From the NCBI RefSeq assembly GCF_011386835.1, contig NC_088792.1, positions 170,686,001-170,750,000 on the forward strand: a DNA stretch of 64,000 nucleotides, given 5' to 3'. Positions within the stretch are counted from its first letter, which is position 1, and each line of letters starts with the position of its first letter. A model generated the notes under the pieces. That model was not told the DNA's origin. It made no database searches and saw only the letters and a list, made by a program, of their open reading frames with translations. The DNA is from Chrysemys picta bellii (Eukaryota). Below, one piece after another: positions 49,015-60,690 of the stretch. The position numbers were made by a program, and so were the translations under genes.

Positions 49015-49419
49015 CTGGAAAGAGAACTTACCTATGAGAAATTTATAGAGTGGATAAATCCAGAAATGATGGACTATAGTGAAGTGGAGGTGTGTTTACC
49101 CAGATTTAAGTTGGAGCAAGCTTATGATCTGAAGCCTGTTCTGAAGAGCATGGGAATGGCTGATGCATTTGACGGAAACAAGGTGGATTTATCTGGAATG
49201 TCAGCCAGCAATGACCTAGTTCTGTCTGAGGTTGTTCACAAGTCCTTTGTGGAGGTAAACGAAGAAGGCACGGAGGCAGCAGCTGCTACTGCAGCAGTGA
49301 TCACTATGCGATGTGCACTGATTGTACCACGGTTCACTGCTGACCATCCTTTCCTCTTCTTTATCCGGCACAACAAAACTGGCAACATTCTGTTCTATGG
49401 CAGATTTTGTTCCCCCTAA
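49015..49419 (+). CDS. SERPINB6: SERPINB6 coding exon 6 with [18 protein letters not shown]|[14 protein letters not shown], stop TAA
   Basis: Acceptor ttttag|CTG; 405 nt; MR|CA..VPRF matches human SERPINB6 MMMR|CARFVPRF (recalled); total 379 aa. Confidence 0.93.
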   Translation: MERELTYEKFIEWINPEMMDYSEVEVCLPRFKLEQAYDLKPVLKSMGMADAFDGNKVDLSGMSASNDLVLSEVVHKSFVEVNEEGTEAAAATAAVITMRCALIVPRFTADHPFLFFIRHNKTGNILFYGRFCSP

Positions 49420-49717
49420 AAAGAAAAAATGCAGCCCTTAACACAGTAAAGTTATTTCCATTTTACTATCTTGGGATTTTTTTTTTCCACTCTAAGCAAC
49501 AAGCTTTGTATAGATGCTGTACATTACATGGTGCAACCCTAAACACCGTTCTCTCTTGTGCCTGAAACAGCTTTTTGTAGTCCTCTATTCAAATTTAAGC
49601 AACGGGTTTTTTTTTTTTTAAATAACAGGATCATTTAATATCTTGTCCAAGTGGTAAGACTTAAAATGGCATTTGCCATAGTTACCTGTAAAGCACCCCT
49701 TGTATCCTGTATACCTT

Positions 49718-49723
49718 AATAAA
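49718..49723 (+). terminator. Candidate poly(A) signal of SERPINB6
   Basis: AATAAA about 300 nt after the stop. Confidence 0.5.
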
Positions 49724-51223
49724 TGCAGGGTTCCTTAACTTGAGTTCATCTTTAGCCATAACTACTTGCTTAATGCATCCCTCCCTCTCTGTACATATTC
49801 CCGTAGAAATTTGGTTCTCATACTTGGGGTTTCTTAGCAGCAGGTGTTAAGATCTCGTGGGGAGAGGAAAACGAAAGAAGATTGACTTCTGACTGACCTC
49901 CAAATGCTTTTTGCAAATTTCCCTTCTCCCTGTCTCATTTTCCAGACTGGTTCCTTCCATGGCTGCACAGCTAGACATCTAACAGATTTTTATGAATGAT
50001 GCTAACACAACCGTCATTGGGGAATAATTGAGCAAGTACTTATTCAAGACAAGGAATGAAGTCAACTCCACTGAAGTCAGTGGTAAAACTTCTTATTGAC
50101 TTCAGTGGGGTCAGAATTTCACTCTGCATGTGTCTTATCACTAGTTAACCCGGGTTACACTAATATTTTTAACACTTGTGAAATAGGACAGACCTTTCTA
50201 TCTATAGCAAAGATTAGAATAAAAAGCTTCCAGGACACATACAGAAACTTAAATGCGAGAGCTCTCATATTTGTATCCTAATGTAACAAACCATGAAGGC
50301 AATATGTAACTCAGCAGTTTGTATATCTTTTTTGCTTACTGATAATGCTATAAACTGGGTAGCCATAGTGGCTTTATCCAGTGATTTTGGTATTGCTGTT
50401 TCTGCTCCTTGAACCAACAATAAAGGAACTGATGTGAAGTGCTGTGTGGTCAAGTTTTGTTTGGTTTTAATTGTGTAGTTCTTCAGCTGTAGTGTGATTG
50501 AAACAAACATTGTGTGAATTTTGCCATCGATAACTAGCAGGGACAGGCTCTGCCATTCTAAGACTGCACTAGCAGGGCTCCCACCTCCAATGAAGTCCAG
50601 TATTTATTGCCTCCTTTATAATACTTGGCTGCCAAGAACATACATAAATAGAGGCAATAGGGTGGTTAACTTGGAACATAGAATTTAGTGTTGTTCTGAG
50701 TGGTGCAGCTAACTCAGTTTCAGTGTCCAATTAGGTTTGCCAACAGCACCTCATAACCTGGTAGGGTGAAGTCTGAGTAGGTAAGGAATGAGTGTCAATG
50801 AAAACCTCGTTGTTGAAAATAACCTTTCACTGTATTATAAATTGCAATAAGATACCAGTCCTGGATTGTATGCAAGGTTTTCATTCCCTCTGCCAACTAC
50901 AAATTCTTACCCTTCACAATCGTTGCCCCTACAGGCACTGGAACAGAGTCCAGCATTATCCACAAAACTGTAAGGAAGTAGAAACACGGACATGACTTTA
51001 AAGGAGGTGAAAAGGAACAGTCCCTGTGGGCAGAGCTAGGGCATTCTAAGCTGCCCTGGGAGCTGACAGTGGACATGCACCACAGCAGTTCCTTAACTCT
51101 GGCGAAATTGAGGGAAACCCTCCTACCAGCTGAGGCAGTTCACTATTAAAACATTTCATTGTATGTGTTTCAGTAGTGCCTACAGCTCCAACCATTACTG
51201 GGGCCTAGTGTGTTTGTACAAAT

Positions 51224-53172
51224 GTCTAATACAGGGAGACAAAATAGTCAAAACAGAAGGGGGAAGTAAAGGGACTTGTCTAAAGTCACAACAGGTCACT
51301 GGCAGAGCTGAGAGTAGCACCCACATTTCCTAACTTCCAGTCCAGTGCCCTGTATCTTAGATCCACGCTGCCTCATTGTCATCACGGAGCCAAAAATCAT
51401 TGGTGGCCGGAACACAACTAACTTCAGATGAGTTGCTTGTGCTTCCATCAGCAATGATTTTTGGCCCATAATTCTTTCACTTGACAGGAAAGAAATGGGA
51501 GACTCTTTCAGTTAGCGTCATTTATACTATTGCCTGCAACTTGTGTATTTTTGTTTTTAAATTGTCATCCATTACTCAAATGCAGTAGAAATTCTGTGCT
51601 AAAAAATTAACGTTAGCTCAGAATTTAAGTTGCTCCATATGACTAAATTAAACAGAGGGCTAATGCTGCTTTACTTCCATAGTTTTGGGATTTTAAAATC
51701 CCAGAGTCACATGTTTGTGTCAGGTTCTGAGACAGTGAAAAGAGAAAATAAAAGCAAAGGCTGTTTGCAGTGGTGTCCTGACCAAATCCCAACGTAGGTT
51801 AAGGCATTCTGCAACCTACATTAACCAGTTTTTCAGTCTGTTCTAAACTAATGCTCCTATGCAATACTGAAAATCTGCTTCAGTTCAGAGGTGACTGCAT
51901 TTCTGTGGTAGGTAAAGTAATGCCATAGACTTGCTAATTGTACCTTTTACGATAATTAACTTCATCTCCGTCTTTGGTGCATTCTAGGTGTTCCCCATAT
52001 TAAGTAAGGGAAAGTTTAGGGAATACTGAGGTAATCTTTTATAAAAGACAAAGCTGACAAATTTAAGGGGGACCACTGCCTAGGAATCACTTAATCCATC
52101 ACTGAAACATACCCACCTCTGAGGTAGAATGCTGCAGCTATTAACAGCACCTGATTTACCACACACATCTTAAGTGCAGAGCAAAAGAGTTAGCTACATT
52201 ACAGGCTCAATTAATATTTATGAAGTTCTCTGACACCTCCTAGATGAAAGGCAAAGTTGTCCAGTATAGGGAAACAAAATGCTCAAGACAGAAAGTGTGG
52301 GAGGGGGGAGTAAAGTGACTTGTTCAAAGTCACAGCTGGTCACTGGCAGAGCTGGGAATACCACCCAGGTCTCTTGACTCCCAGTGCCTTATATCCTAGA
52401 CACACAGTGTCTCATTGTCACCACCGAGCTAATCATAGGTAGCATAAGCAGGACCACTACAACTGACATCAGAAGAGTTGCTCATGCTTCCCTTAGTAAT
52501 GATTTTTGGCCTATAATTCTTTCACATTTAAGAAGTTGCTCCATGTAACTAACTTCAGCAGCAACAGCACTCTTTGTTTTACTTCCATAGTTTTAGGATT
52601 TTAAAATCCTAGAGTCAGATGCTTCAGTGTTATTTTCTTAGGCAGTGAAAATAAGAGCAAGGGTTGTTTACAATCGTGTCCTGACCAAATCCCAACTTAG
52701 GAAAAGGTATTCTGCAACCTAACAGCCCCCTATTTTAACCCATTCTTCAGTCTGTGGTGTAAACTAGCGCTGGTATGCAATACTGAAAATCTGTTCCAGC
52801 TCAGAGGTGACTGCATTTCTGTGGTAGGTGAAGTGATGCCATAGACTTGCCAATTGTGCCTTCATTGTACCTTTAAGATAACCAACTTCACCTCAGTCTT
52901 TCTAGGTGTTCCCCATAGTAAGTGAGGGAAAGATTAGGAAATATCAAGGTAATCTTTTATAAAAGACAAAACTGACAAGTTTAAGGGGGACTACTGCCTA
53001 GCAATCACTTAATCCATCACTGAAGTATACCTATCTCTGGGGTAGAATGCTGCAGCTATTAACAGCACATCATTCACCACACACAGCTTAAGACAGGAAC
53101 AAAAGAATAAGCAACATAACAGGCTCAATATTTATGAAATTCTGTGACACCTCTTGAATGAAAGGGAAAGCT
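51224..53172 (+). repeat. Tandem duplication of about 1 kb (copy A 51224-52258, copy B 52259-53172), each starting with a MIR/CORE-SINE-like segment
   Basis: Collinear identical blocks, e.g. cagaggtgactgcatttctgtggtaggt, aggtaatcttttataaaagacaaa, gtagaatgctgcagctattaacagcac; A has about 145 extra bp near 51480-51625. Confidence 0.9.
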
Positions 53173-53575
53173 GGCAGTGAGATTTCTCCCCCATCCCCAA
53201 AAGAATATCAATCTCATCTCTTAAAGCAGAAAGTCCTACAAACTTGTTTAGTTCTACAGATTTGTTTGAGGTCACACTGTGAAATATTGTTGCCAATAGG
53301 TTAGTCTGAAGCTTACATGAAGTTTTGGCATTTTTTAGACTTCTGTAAGAACATTTCTCCATAGGGGTCAAGGAGCTGTATATTGCAGAGTTTGGGCCTT
53401 TTGCGAGAATTTCCTCTCTCTGGTAAGTAAAGGAAATATTGTCCTCTTTAGGTAATAATATTTGGAGAGATTTATCCATCATTTGTGTCTTTTAAATCAA
53501 AAACTACACTATTAACACACTGTACTGAACTGACACTACTGCAAGCTGTAGCATTTGTTTTGGACCAGTAGTTAA

Positions 53576-53665
53576 GTTATGGGGATTGGTCCTGCTTTGA
53601 GCAGGGGGTTGGACTAGATGACCTCCTGAGGTCCCTTCCAACCCTGATATTCTATGATTCTATGA
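53576..53665 (+). mobile_element. CR1 extreme 3' end
   Basis: ggactagatgacctcctgaggtcccttccaaccctgatattctatgattctatga with (ATTCTATG)n tail. Confidence 0.85.
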
Positions 53666-55744
53666 GAGTGAGGTCTGCACTCATGGTTACCATTTATACT
53701 GTGACAACACTCAATGGTTCCAAGCAGAATGGGAGCCCCAGTGGTAGGCACTGTACAACCTCAAGAAAGAAAAAGTCTTAAGATCTGTGCAGGGAGGGGA
53801 AATGGGCTATGCTGTGCAAGCACAGTGATTGGCTGGTAAGCACACATCTTATTCATTCCATGGGGGCATTTTTTTGTTTTTAATGTAAACTGTCCTTGGT
53901 TAGTCTTCAGTATAACCATAGTTAAGCACTTAAAAAAAGAGCCTCCTCAGCTGATGGTTTAGTTACCTTTCTGAGGACAGCTGTCCTATACCCAACAAGT
54001 AAGCTGGGCTGCTTCACTACTTGCCTTCTGCTTTCCTACTCTGGGCTGACTGAAATATCACTGCAGCCAATCAGAAGAACCCTTCAACAACTGTGCTGAC
54101 TACACAGTCCCTGGAGCTCATCTCACCAACTGGAAGAGAAGGGAAGACTTCCCATCTGGCTGTTCAGCAAACACGCAGCTATTGTTTCCAATTCCATTAT
54201 TCTAACTACTTTAAAAATTGGAGGTTGTGATTGCAACAGAGAGGGGAAGGGTGCTCTTGTCATCTTCATGTCAAACATGGGATATTACCTAATAAATGGT
54301 CACCTGAACATCAGTGGTGTCTCTCCTGTAAGTCTAGACTCACGAAGGTCTGGATAACATTTGTTGTTGCTTTAGCAGTGTATTTCCTTTACCTGATGAT
54401 GTCATGGCCAGCAGTACCCAGTGTGATTCTGTGCACTCAGAGAGGCAAAGGCAGCACTGTGGCTGAAAAAAGGCAGGTAGCTCCAGGGGCCCAGTACTTT
54501 CTGCCTTTCAGTCATGTAGCCCCATGAACTTGTCTAATGTCGTAACTACCAGATAAACTAAATTAACTTGAACAATGTTTACTATAGTATAACTATGGAT
54601 ACAGTCTTACCACTGAGCAAAAAAGAGAAAAATTAACAATAGTAGACTGAGTTACTGGACCGCATATCACGTCATAGTAGAGAAAAGCAACATAAAGAAA
54701 AGGCAGTGGTTGAAAAGGTGTTTCTGGGGGAGACAGCCTGCTCCCTCACCAGAGGCAGAAAAAATTGTCCACACCTTTGAAGAGTGAATAATACCAACAG
54801 TCTAGATCTGTGCACCTTTTTCCAGCCTGCATACTGCTTCCTGCAGAGTTCATAAAAACCCACAAGCAAGGGCTAATCTCTCTGCCTTTTCAGAGGAAAA
54901 CAAAAGCTTGGCATATCAGGATAAGGGGCTGAGAGATCTTTTCTGCAAACCTTGTCAGTCTCATTCATCTGAGGAAGGTAATAAACCTCCGACTGATAGA
55001 AGCTGGGAGGGGAAGACAGCAGCAGATTTCCCCAAAATTGCCCTGTTCTGTACACTCTCCCCTGAAGCTCTGGTACTCACCACTGGCAAGAGACAAGATA
55101 TTGGGATCGATGGACCATTGGGTGGACCCAGTGTGGTTGTTCTCATGCACATTCCTCCCTTTTGAAACTCTTTTTAGGGAAATTTTAAAGTCCTTCCCTC
55201 TGTGATGAAAGATTTTGTAATTTGTTTTAAGGGGATATTTCAGTCTGTCCTCATTGTATTATCATTGTTTCACATCTAAAGGTGTTGCCAAACCCCTTGT
55301 GGGGGAATTATTTAAAGCTACTGTAGTAAATATATGGGGCTAGAAGTCAGATCTGAGACATATAGACCTTGGGAAAATTACTTAACTGGCTTCCGACCCC
55401 ATTCACCTATTTGTAAATAATCTCTGTGTTACAAAGTTGGTTTACTTATTTGTAAAGCATTTTGAAATCCTTGGAAGGAGCTATAACAACACAAAGTAGT
55501 ACTGTAACAACCAATTTCAGCCTTTTCTAAACCCAACTGGAGAGAGAGGAAACTGAGGTCACAGTACAGCAATTTTTTGGTCTGGAAACTGTTCAGTCTT
55601 CAATAGAGACATTGAGCCAAATTTTGCTCAGTTACACAGTGTAAATACAAACTAGTGGAGTAGCTCTGTATTTACAGTGCAAGGCTGAGAACAAAATTCA
55701 AGACACACACTGCAGTTAGATACTACAGAGAAAATCGCAGTTTT

Positions 55745-55899
55745 TACCTGGAACCTTGATTGCACTTAATTTATTTTTCAGTTTGTAACCAGGGAGAAAC
55801 TGAGTGATGCAAACACCCATTTTGCTCTCGATCTGTTTAGAAAGTTGAATGAAACCAACCCAACAGGAAATATCTTCTTCTCGCCAATCAGTATTTCTG
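55745..55899 (+). pseudogene. Truncated duplicate of the SERPINB1 acceptor and first coding exon, start codon mutated ATG to AGG
   Basis: 155-nt ungapped match to 57455-57609 (offset 1710) with 7 mismatches counted by eye; AGG at 55791-55793; match stops abruptly at 55899; in-frame TAG at 55908-55910. Confidence 0.9.
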
Positions 55900-57500
55900 A
55901 CCAGCCGTAGCTAGTTCATCCCCTCCTCCATTCCCCACCTTTCCTTCATCCTCCTCTCCCGATCCATTTCCCGCAACCCTGCTGCCTCAATCCCTCCTGC
56001 AGAGGTAGCCCCTCCCCCTGCAGTCACAGCGCACCCAGCTGGTGTGGGGCTGGCGGCCCCGGTCCTCCCCCGAGCAGCGTCTGTACGTTTCCCACCCCTA
56101 AAGCTCGTCCCCGGCCCGGCCCAGCCCAGCCCACACACGCTCCCCACTCCTGGCCTGGCTAAGCTCGCAGGGCTGAGTTACTAGTTCACGTGTTTCTCCT
56201 ACTGCCTGGAACCAGTGAATCCCCAGCCGGCTGCAGGGTAAGAAACAGCAGCGGTGAATTTGTCCCAGTCCGAGAGCAGGGGAGGGGGTCGGGGTCGGGG
56301 GACGCTCATTGGCTCCAAGAAATGGGGCTATGGGGAGGACCCTGCGTCATGTGCTGGAGACCGAGCAGGAGCCTGCAATCTGCCCCCCTCTAGCGTATTA
56401 GAAATGTGCAGCTTGGGCTGGTCCCGAGCGCCTCGGCCTGTTCTTCCTCCCCACTCACTGCATGCCCAGAGGGGACACGGAGGCAGCCCTGCAGGAGAGA
56501 AGAGCCCACAGTACCGGCTGAGCCTCTCCCACCCGCCCCCAGGGAGAAGAAGCGGCTTCGCAATAGCCTGCCCATGACAAGTTCTCAGCAGCCTTCTAGG
56601 GAAAGCCCTGGATGCAGCTGCTCCTCCTTCCTTAGTTATGATTTGCTTCCCCGATTTTCACTCGCGGGCAGAAGCAAAACCGGTGCAAGTCACATTTAAA
56701 ATGGCACCAGTTAAGCAACACAACTTCAGTGTGTGGACAAACCCCCTAAGGCCAGAGAGACTGTGCTGTCGCAAATTCCTAATGGCGGGGGCAGTGGCAT
56801 GATTCTACGTTTCACTTTTGATTTCAAAATTCCAGCTCTCATGTACACATTTGATTCCATTCTCGGGCTCTGATCCTGCAAAGATTTAGGCACATGCTAA
56901 ACATGATACACACTGAGTAGTCCCAGTAAATTCGATGAGTTCTCACAGTGCATGAAGTTAAGCAGATGTGTAAATCTGTGGAGGACTGGGACCTTAATTT
57001 GGTGTGGTCTGCTCAACAGAAACAGGTCTCAGATGAGATGGAGATTTAAGTACCTTTCACCAACTTCTATACTGGATGCCTTAGTGTATTACAATTAATA
57101 AATCCACTGGTGGGAAAACAAGGTCACCCACCAGTTGTCTTGACTGTCTGGTTTGTGAATTTGGAGTAAGAGGACTATAGTGTCCATTCTTGCAAGCTCC
57201 TTAACCTTTGTTTGTTCCAAATTTAGAAATAAGAGGCTACAGAAGGTTATTATATAACATCTGTAAGGTTGGTGTAACGAGAATGTTTGCGGTAAGCAAT
57301 CTACTAGCTGTTATATCTATTTATGTGAATTTGTTAATGTGTGAGGAAGGTAAATTGAAGTTAATATTCCTGAGTTCCATATGGTACAAATGCTCTTTTA
57401 TTAGTTTCACCTTTGCTTTGCATAACACAGGGCGTTTAGTTTTTGAAAAATCACTACCTGGAGCCTTGATTGCACTTATTTTATTTTTCAGCTTGTAACC

Positions 57501-57668
57501 ATGGAGAAACTGAGTAATGCAAACACCCATTTTGCTCTCGATCTGTTTAGAAAGTTGAATGAAACCAACCCAACAGGAAATATCTTCTTCTCACCAGTCA
57601 GTATTTCTGCTGCACTGGCCATGGTCCTTTTAGGGGCTAAAGGTAACACAGAGACACAGCTGTTGAAG
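57501..57668 (+). CDS. SERPINB1: SERPINB1 (leukocyte elastase inhibitor) coding exon 1 ([32 protein letters not shown]...TQLLK)
   Basis: Acceptor ttttcag|cttgtaacc ATG, donor AAG|GTCAGT at 57669; 168 nt; resembles human MEQLSSANTRFALDLF...NPAGNIF (recalled). Confidence 0.88.
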
Positions 57669-58344
57669 GTCAGTGAAAATTTCTCTCTTGTTTAGATTTT
57701 TAATGTTATAGAAAATAAGTTTTAAGAGGAAAAAATATAAGAATTCATTAACCCTTCCTATTGTTTCCCACTTAATTTAGTCACTAATTAATTTGATCAA
57801 AACCTCTGGAACCAAATTATTTTTTAATTTGTTTTCATGCCTTTTGATGCTAAGATCAGGGCTGCCCCAGGCCCCCAGTTTGAAAGGGCCCACAAACTGA
57901 GTGGTGTTGCAACCGAGTATGCCAGGTCACAATGCCTGGAGAGGGGAGCAAGGCCCAGTCCCACAGGACAGGAGTCATCGCTGTGGGGTGAGTGCAGGAT
58001 GGACTCACGCTCCACTCCCTCCAGCCCCTGATAATTTTTTTTTTTTGGAAGGGAGGAGAGTCTCTGTTTCAGATTTTGCCCAAAGCCCCTGTGCGACTCT
58101 GGCAAAGAGATCTGTGATTTTTGTAATACATAATGTTACGCATACTACTGCCATGTTAAAAAACAAAAACTCAACCCACCTCCCCCTCCTTAAATATAAA
58201 GTGTCATAACTATGATAATGCATGATGACAACGTCTTTGCATGAAATCATGAATTTTGTAAAAATACGGGATTGTTATCTTCCACAAGACACACAAAACA
58301 GATGTGAATCTTATTTCAATCCAATCACAGTTAATGTTGTTTAC

Positions 58345-58894
58345 AGTGTTGTTGTAGCCATGTTGGTCCCAAGAGATTAGAAAGACAAGGTGGGTGAGAT
58401 AATATCTTTTATTGGACCAACTTGTATTGACAAGAGAGACAAGCTTTCGAGCTATACAGAGCTCTCCTTAAGGTCTCAGAAAGGTACTCAGCATGTGACA
58501 GATAAATACAAGCTGGAACAGATTGTTTAGCATAAGTAGTTAACACATCTTTCAAGGGACCATTCAAGGTGAAGTGGCTCGTTAATACCCCTGGAGACAT
58601 AGGACAAAAAAAAAGGGGGGGGGGGGGAGAGTTAGTGGCATATTGTTGTAATAAACCATAAATCCTGACCTCTCAGTCCCCATCTTCAAACGAAACCTGC
58701 ACAACACCTTCCAAAGACAAGCCTGGGAGCTTAAATTTATAACTTTGCCAGACACCAAAAATCATGATCTTAATAAAGACACTGGATTTATGGTTTATTA
58801 CAACAATCTGCAACCCACTAGCCCCCCTTTTTATTCTATGACTGCAGGGGTATTAACAGAACGCTTCACCTTGAAAGGCCCCTTAGAATATGTG
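58345..58894. mobile_element. Second Penelope family: inverted terminal repeat plus endonuclease C-terminus, interrupted by the element above
   Basis: About 58550-58668 is the reverse complement of about 58780-58885; the + strand encodes RQAWELKFITLPDTKNHDLNKDTGFMVYYNNL; the sequence resumes at about 60553-60690. Confidence 0.75.
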
Positions 58895-58898
58895 GGGG

Positions 58899-60550
58899 AA
58901 AAACAAGGAGTCCTTGTGGCACTTTAGAGACTAACAAATTTATTTTGGCATAAGCTTTCGTGGGCTAGAACCCACTTCATCAGATGCATGAAGTGAAAAA
59001 TACAGGAGCAGGTATAAATACATGAAAGGATGGGGATTGCTTTACCAAGTGTAAGGTCAGTCTAACAAGATAAATCAATTAACAGCAGGATACCAAGGGA
59101 GGAAAAATCTCTTTTGAAGTGGTAAGAGAGTGGCCCATTACAGACAGGTGACAAGAAAGTGTGAGTAACAGTAGGGAGAAATTAGTATTGCGGAAATTAA
59201 GTTTAGGTTTTGTAATGACCCAAACTCTTCCAGTCTTTATTCAGGCTTAATCGGATAGTATCCAGTTTGCAAATTAACTCCAGTTCTACAGCTTCACCTT
59301 GGAGTCTGTTTTTGAAGTTTTTTTGTTGAAGAATTGCCACTTTTAGGTCTGTTATTGAGTGACCACAGAGATTGAAGTGTTCTACTGGTTTTTGAATGTT
59401 ATGATTCCCGATGTCAGTTTTGTGTCCATTTATTCTTTTGCATAGAGACTGTCCGGTTTGGCCAACGTACATGGCAAAGGGGTATTGCTGGCACATGATG
59501 GCATATATCACATTGGTAGATGTGCAGGTGAAGGAGCCCCGGATGGTGTGGCTGACGTGGTTGGGTCCTATGATAGTGTCCCTTGAATAGATATGTAGAC
59601 AGAGTTGGCACCGGGGTTTGTAGCAGGGTTTGGTTCCTGGGTTGGTGTTTTTGTTGTGTGGTGTGTAGTTGCTGGTGAGTATTTGCTTCAGGTTGGGGGT
59701 CTGTCTGTAAGCGAGGACTGGCCTGTCTCCCAAGGTCTGTGAGAGTGAGGGATTGTCCTTCGGGAACAGGTTGTAGATCTTTGATGATGCATGGGAGAGG
59801 TTTTAGTTGGTGACGGCTAGTGGCGTTCTGTTACTTTCTTTGTTGGGTCTGTCTTGTAGTAGGGGACTTCTCGGTACCCTTCTGGCTCTGTCAATCTGTT
59901 TCTTCACTTCATCAGGTGGGTATTGCAGTTTTAAGAACACTTGATAGAAATTCTGTAGGTGTTTGTCTCTGTCTGAGGGATCGGAGCAAATGCGGTTGTA
60001 TCTTAGAGCTTGGCTGTAGACAATGGATCGTGTGATGTGGTCTGGATGAAAGCTGGAGGCATGTTGGTAAGTATAGTGGTTAGTAGGTTTCCGGTATAGG
60101 GTGGTGTTTATGTGACCATCGCTTATTAGCACTGTAGTATCTAGGAAGTGGACCTCTTGTGTGGGCTGGCCCAGGCTGAGGTTGATGGTAGGGTGGAAAT
60201 TGTTGAAATCTTGGTGGAATTCCTCAAGGGCCTCCTTCCTATGGGTCCAGATGATGAAGATGTCATCAATGTGGCGTAAGGGGATGAGAGCTGAGGAAGC
60301 GTTGTTCTAAGTCAGCCATAAAAATGTTGGCATACTGAGGGGCCATGCGGGTACCCATAGCAGTCCCGCTGACTTAAGGTATAAATTGTCCCCAAATCTG
60401 AAATAGTTGTGGGTGAGGACAAAGTCACAAAGTTCAGCCACCAGGTTTGCCGTGATGGTATCAGGGATGCTATTCCTGATGGCTTGTAGTCCATCTTTGT
60501 ATGGAATGTTGGTGTAGAGGGCTTCTACATCCATAGTGGCTAGGATGGTA
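58899..60550 (-). mobile_element. 5'-truncated, decayed Penelope-like retroelement (RT + GIY-YIG endonuclease, probably Neptune type)
   Basis: RT motifs TMDVEALYTNIP and HIDD (mutated YIDD, 60262-60273); Cys-rich linker CYKPRCQLC; GIY-YIG VIYAIMC...YVGQTG...HF (ORF 59203-59733); frameshifted. Confidence 0.92.
58948..58987 (-). ncRNA. Minimal type I hammerhead ribozyme motif in the terminal repeat of a Penelope-like element
   Basis: Minus strand reads GCAT-CTGATGA-A-GTGGG-TTCTAG-CCCAC-GAAA-GC-TT-ATGC: stem I GCAT/ATGC, core CUGAUGA and GAAA intact, 5-bp stem II, palindromic AGCU in place of stem III. Confidence 0.75.
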
Positions 60551-60552
60551 AA

Positions 60553-60690
60553 CTTCCTGTTTAATCTTGTATTTGGCTGTGACCCTGAATACACAGAGCT
60601 CTTCAGGTCTGGGAAAGGTATCTCGAAAGCTTCTCTCTTTCACCAATAGAAGTTGGTCCAATGAAAGATATTCTCACCCACCTTCTCATT
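60553..60690 (+). mobile_element. Continuation of the second Penelope family terminal repeat after the nested insertion
   Basis: Reverse-complement similarity to about 58380-58530 (ctcgaaagctt...gttggtccaatgaaagatatt...ctcacccacctt). Confidence 0.7.

Noticed and set aside
55791-55910. Translation of the duplicate exon from AGG as a micropeptide
   Set aside because: AGG is a very poor start codon and the frame stops after 39 codons; treated as a pseudo-exon.
58431-58475. Additional hammerhead in the second Penelope family
   Set aside because: The core reads CTTAAGG rather than CTGANGA; copies near 35205-35255 and 37195-37260 are also mutated.
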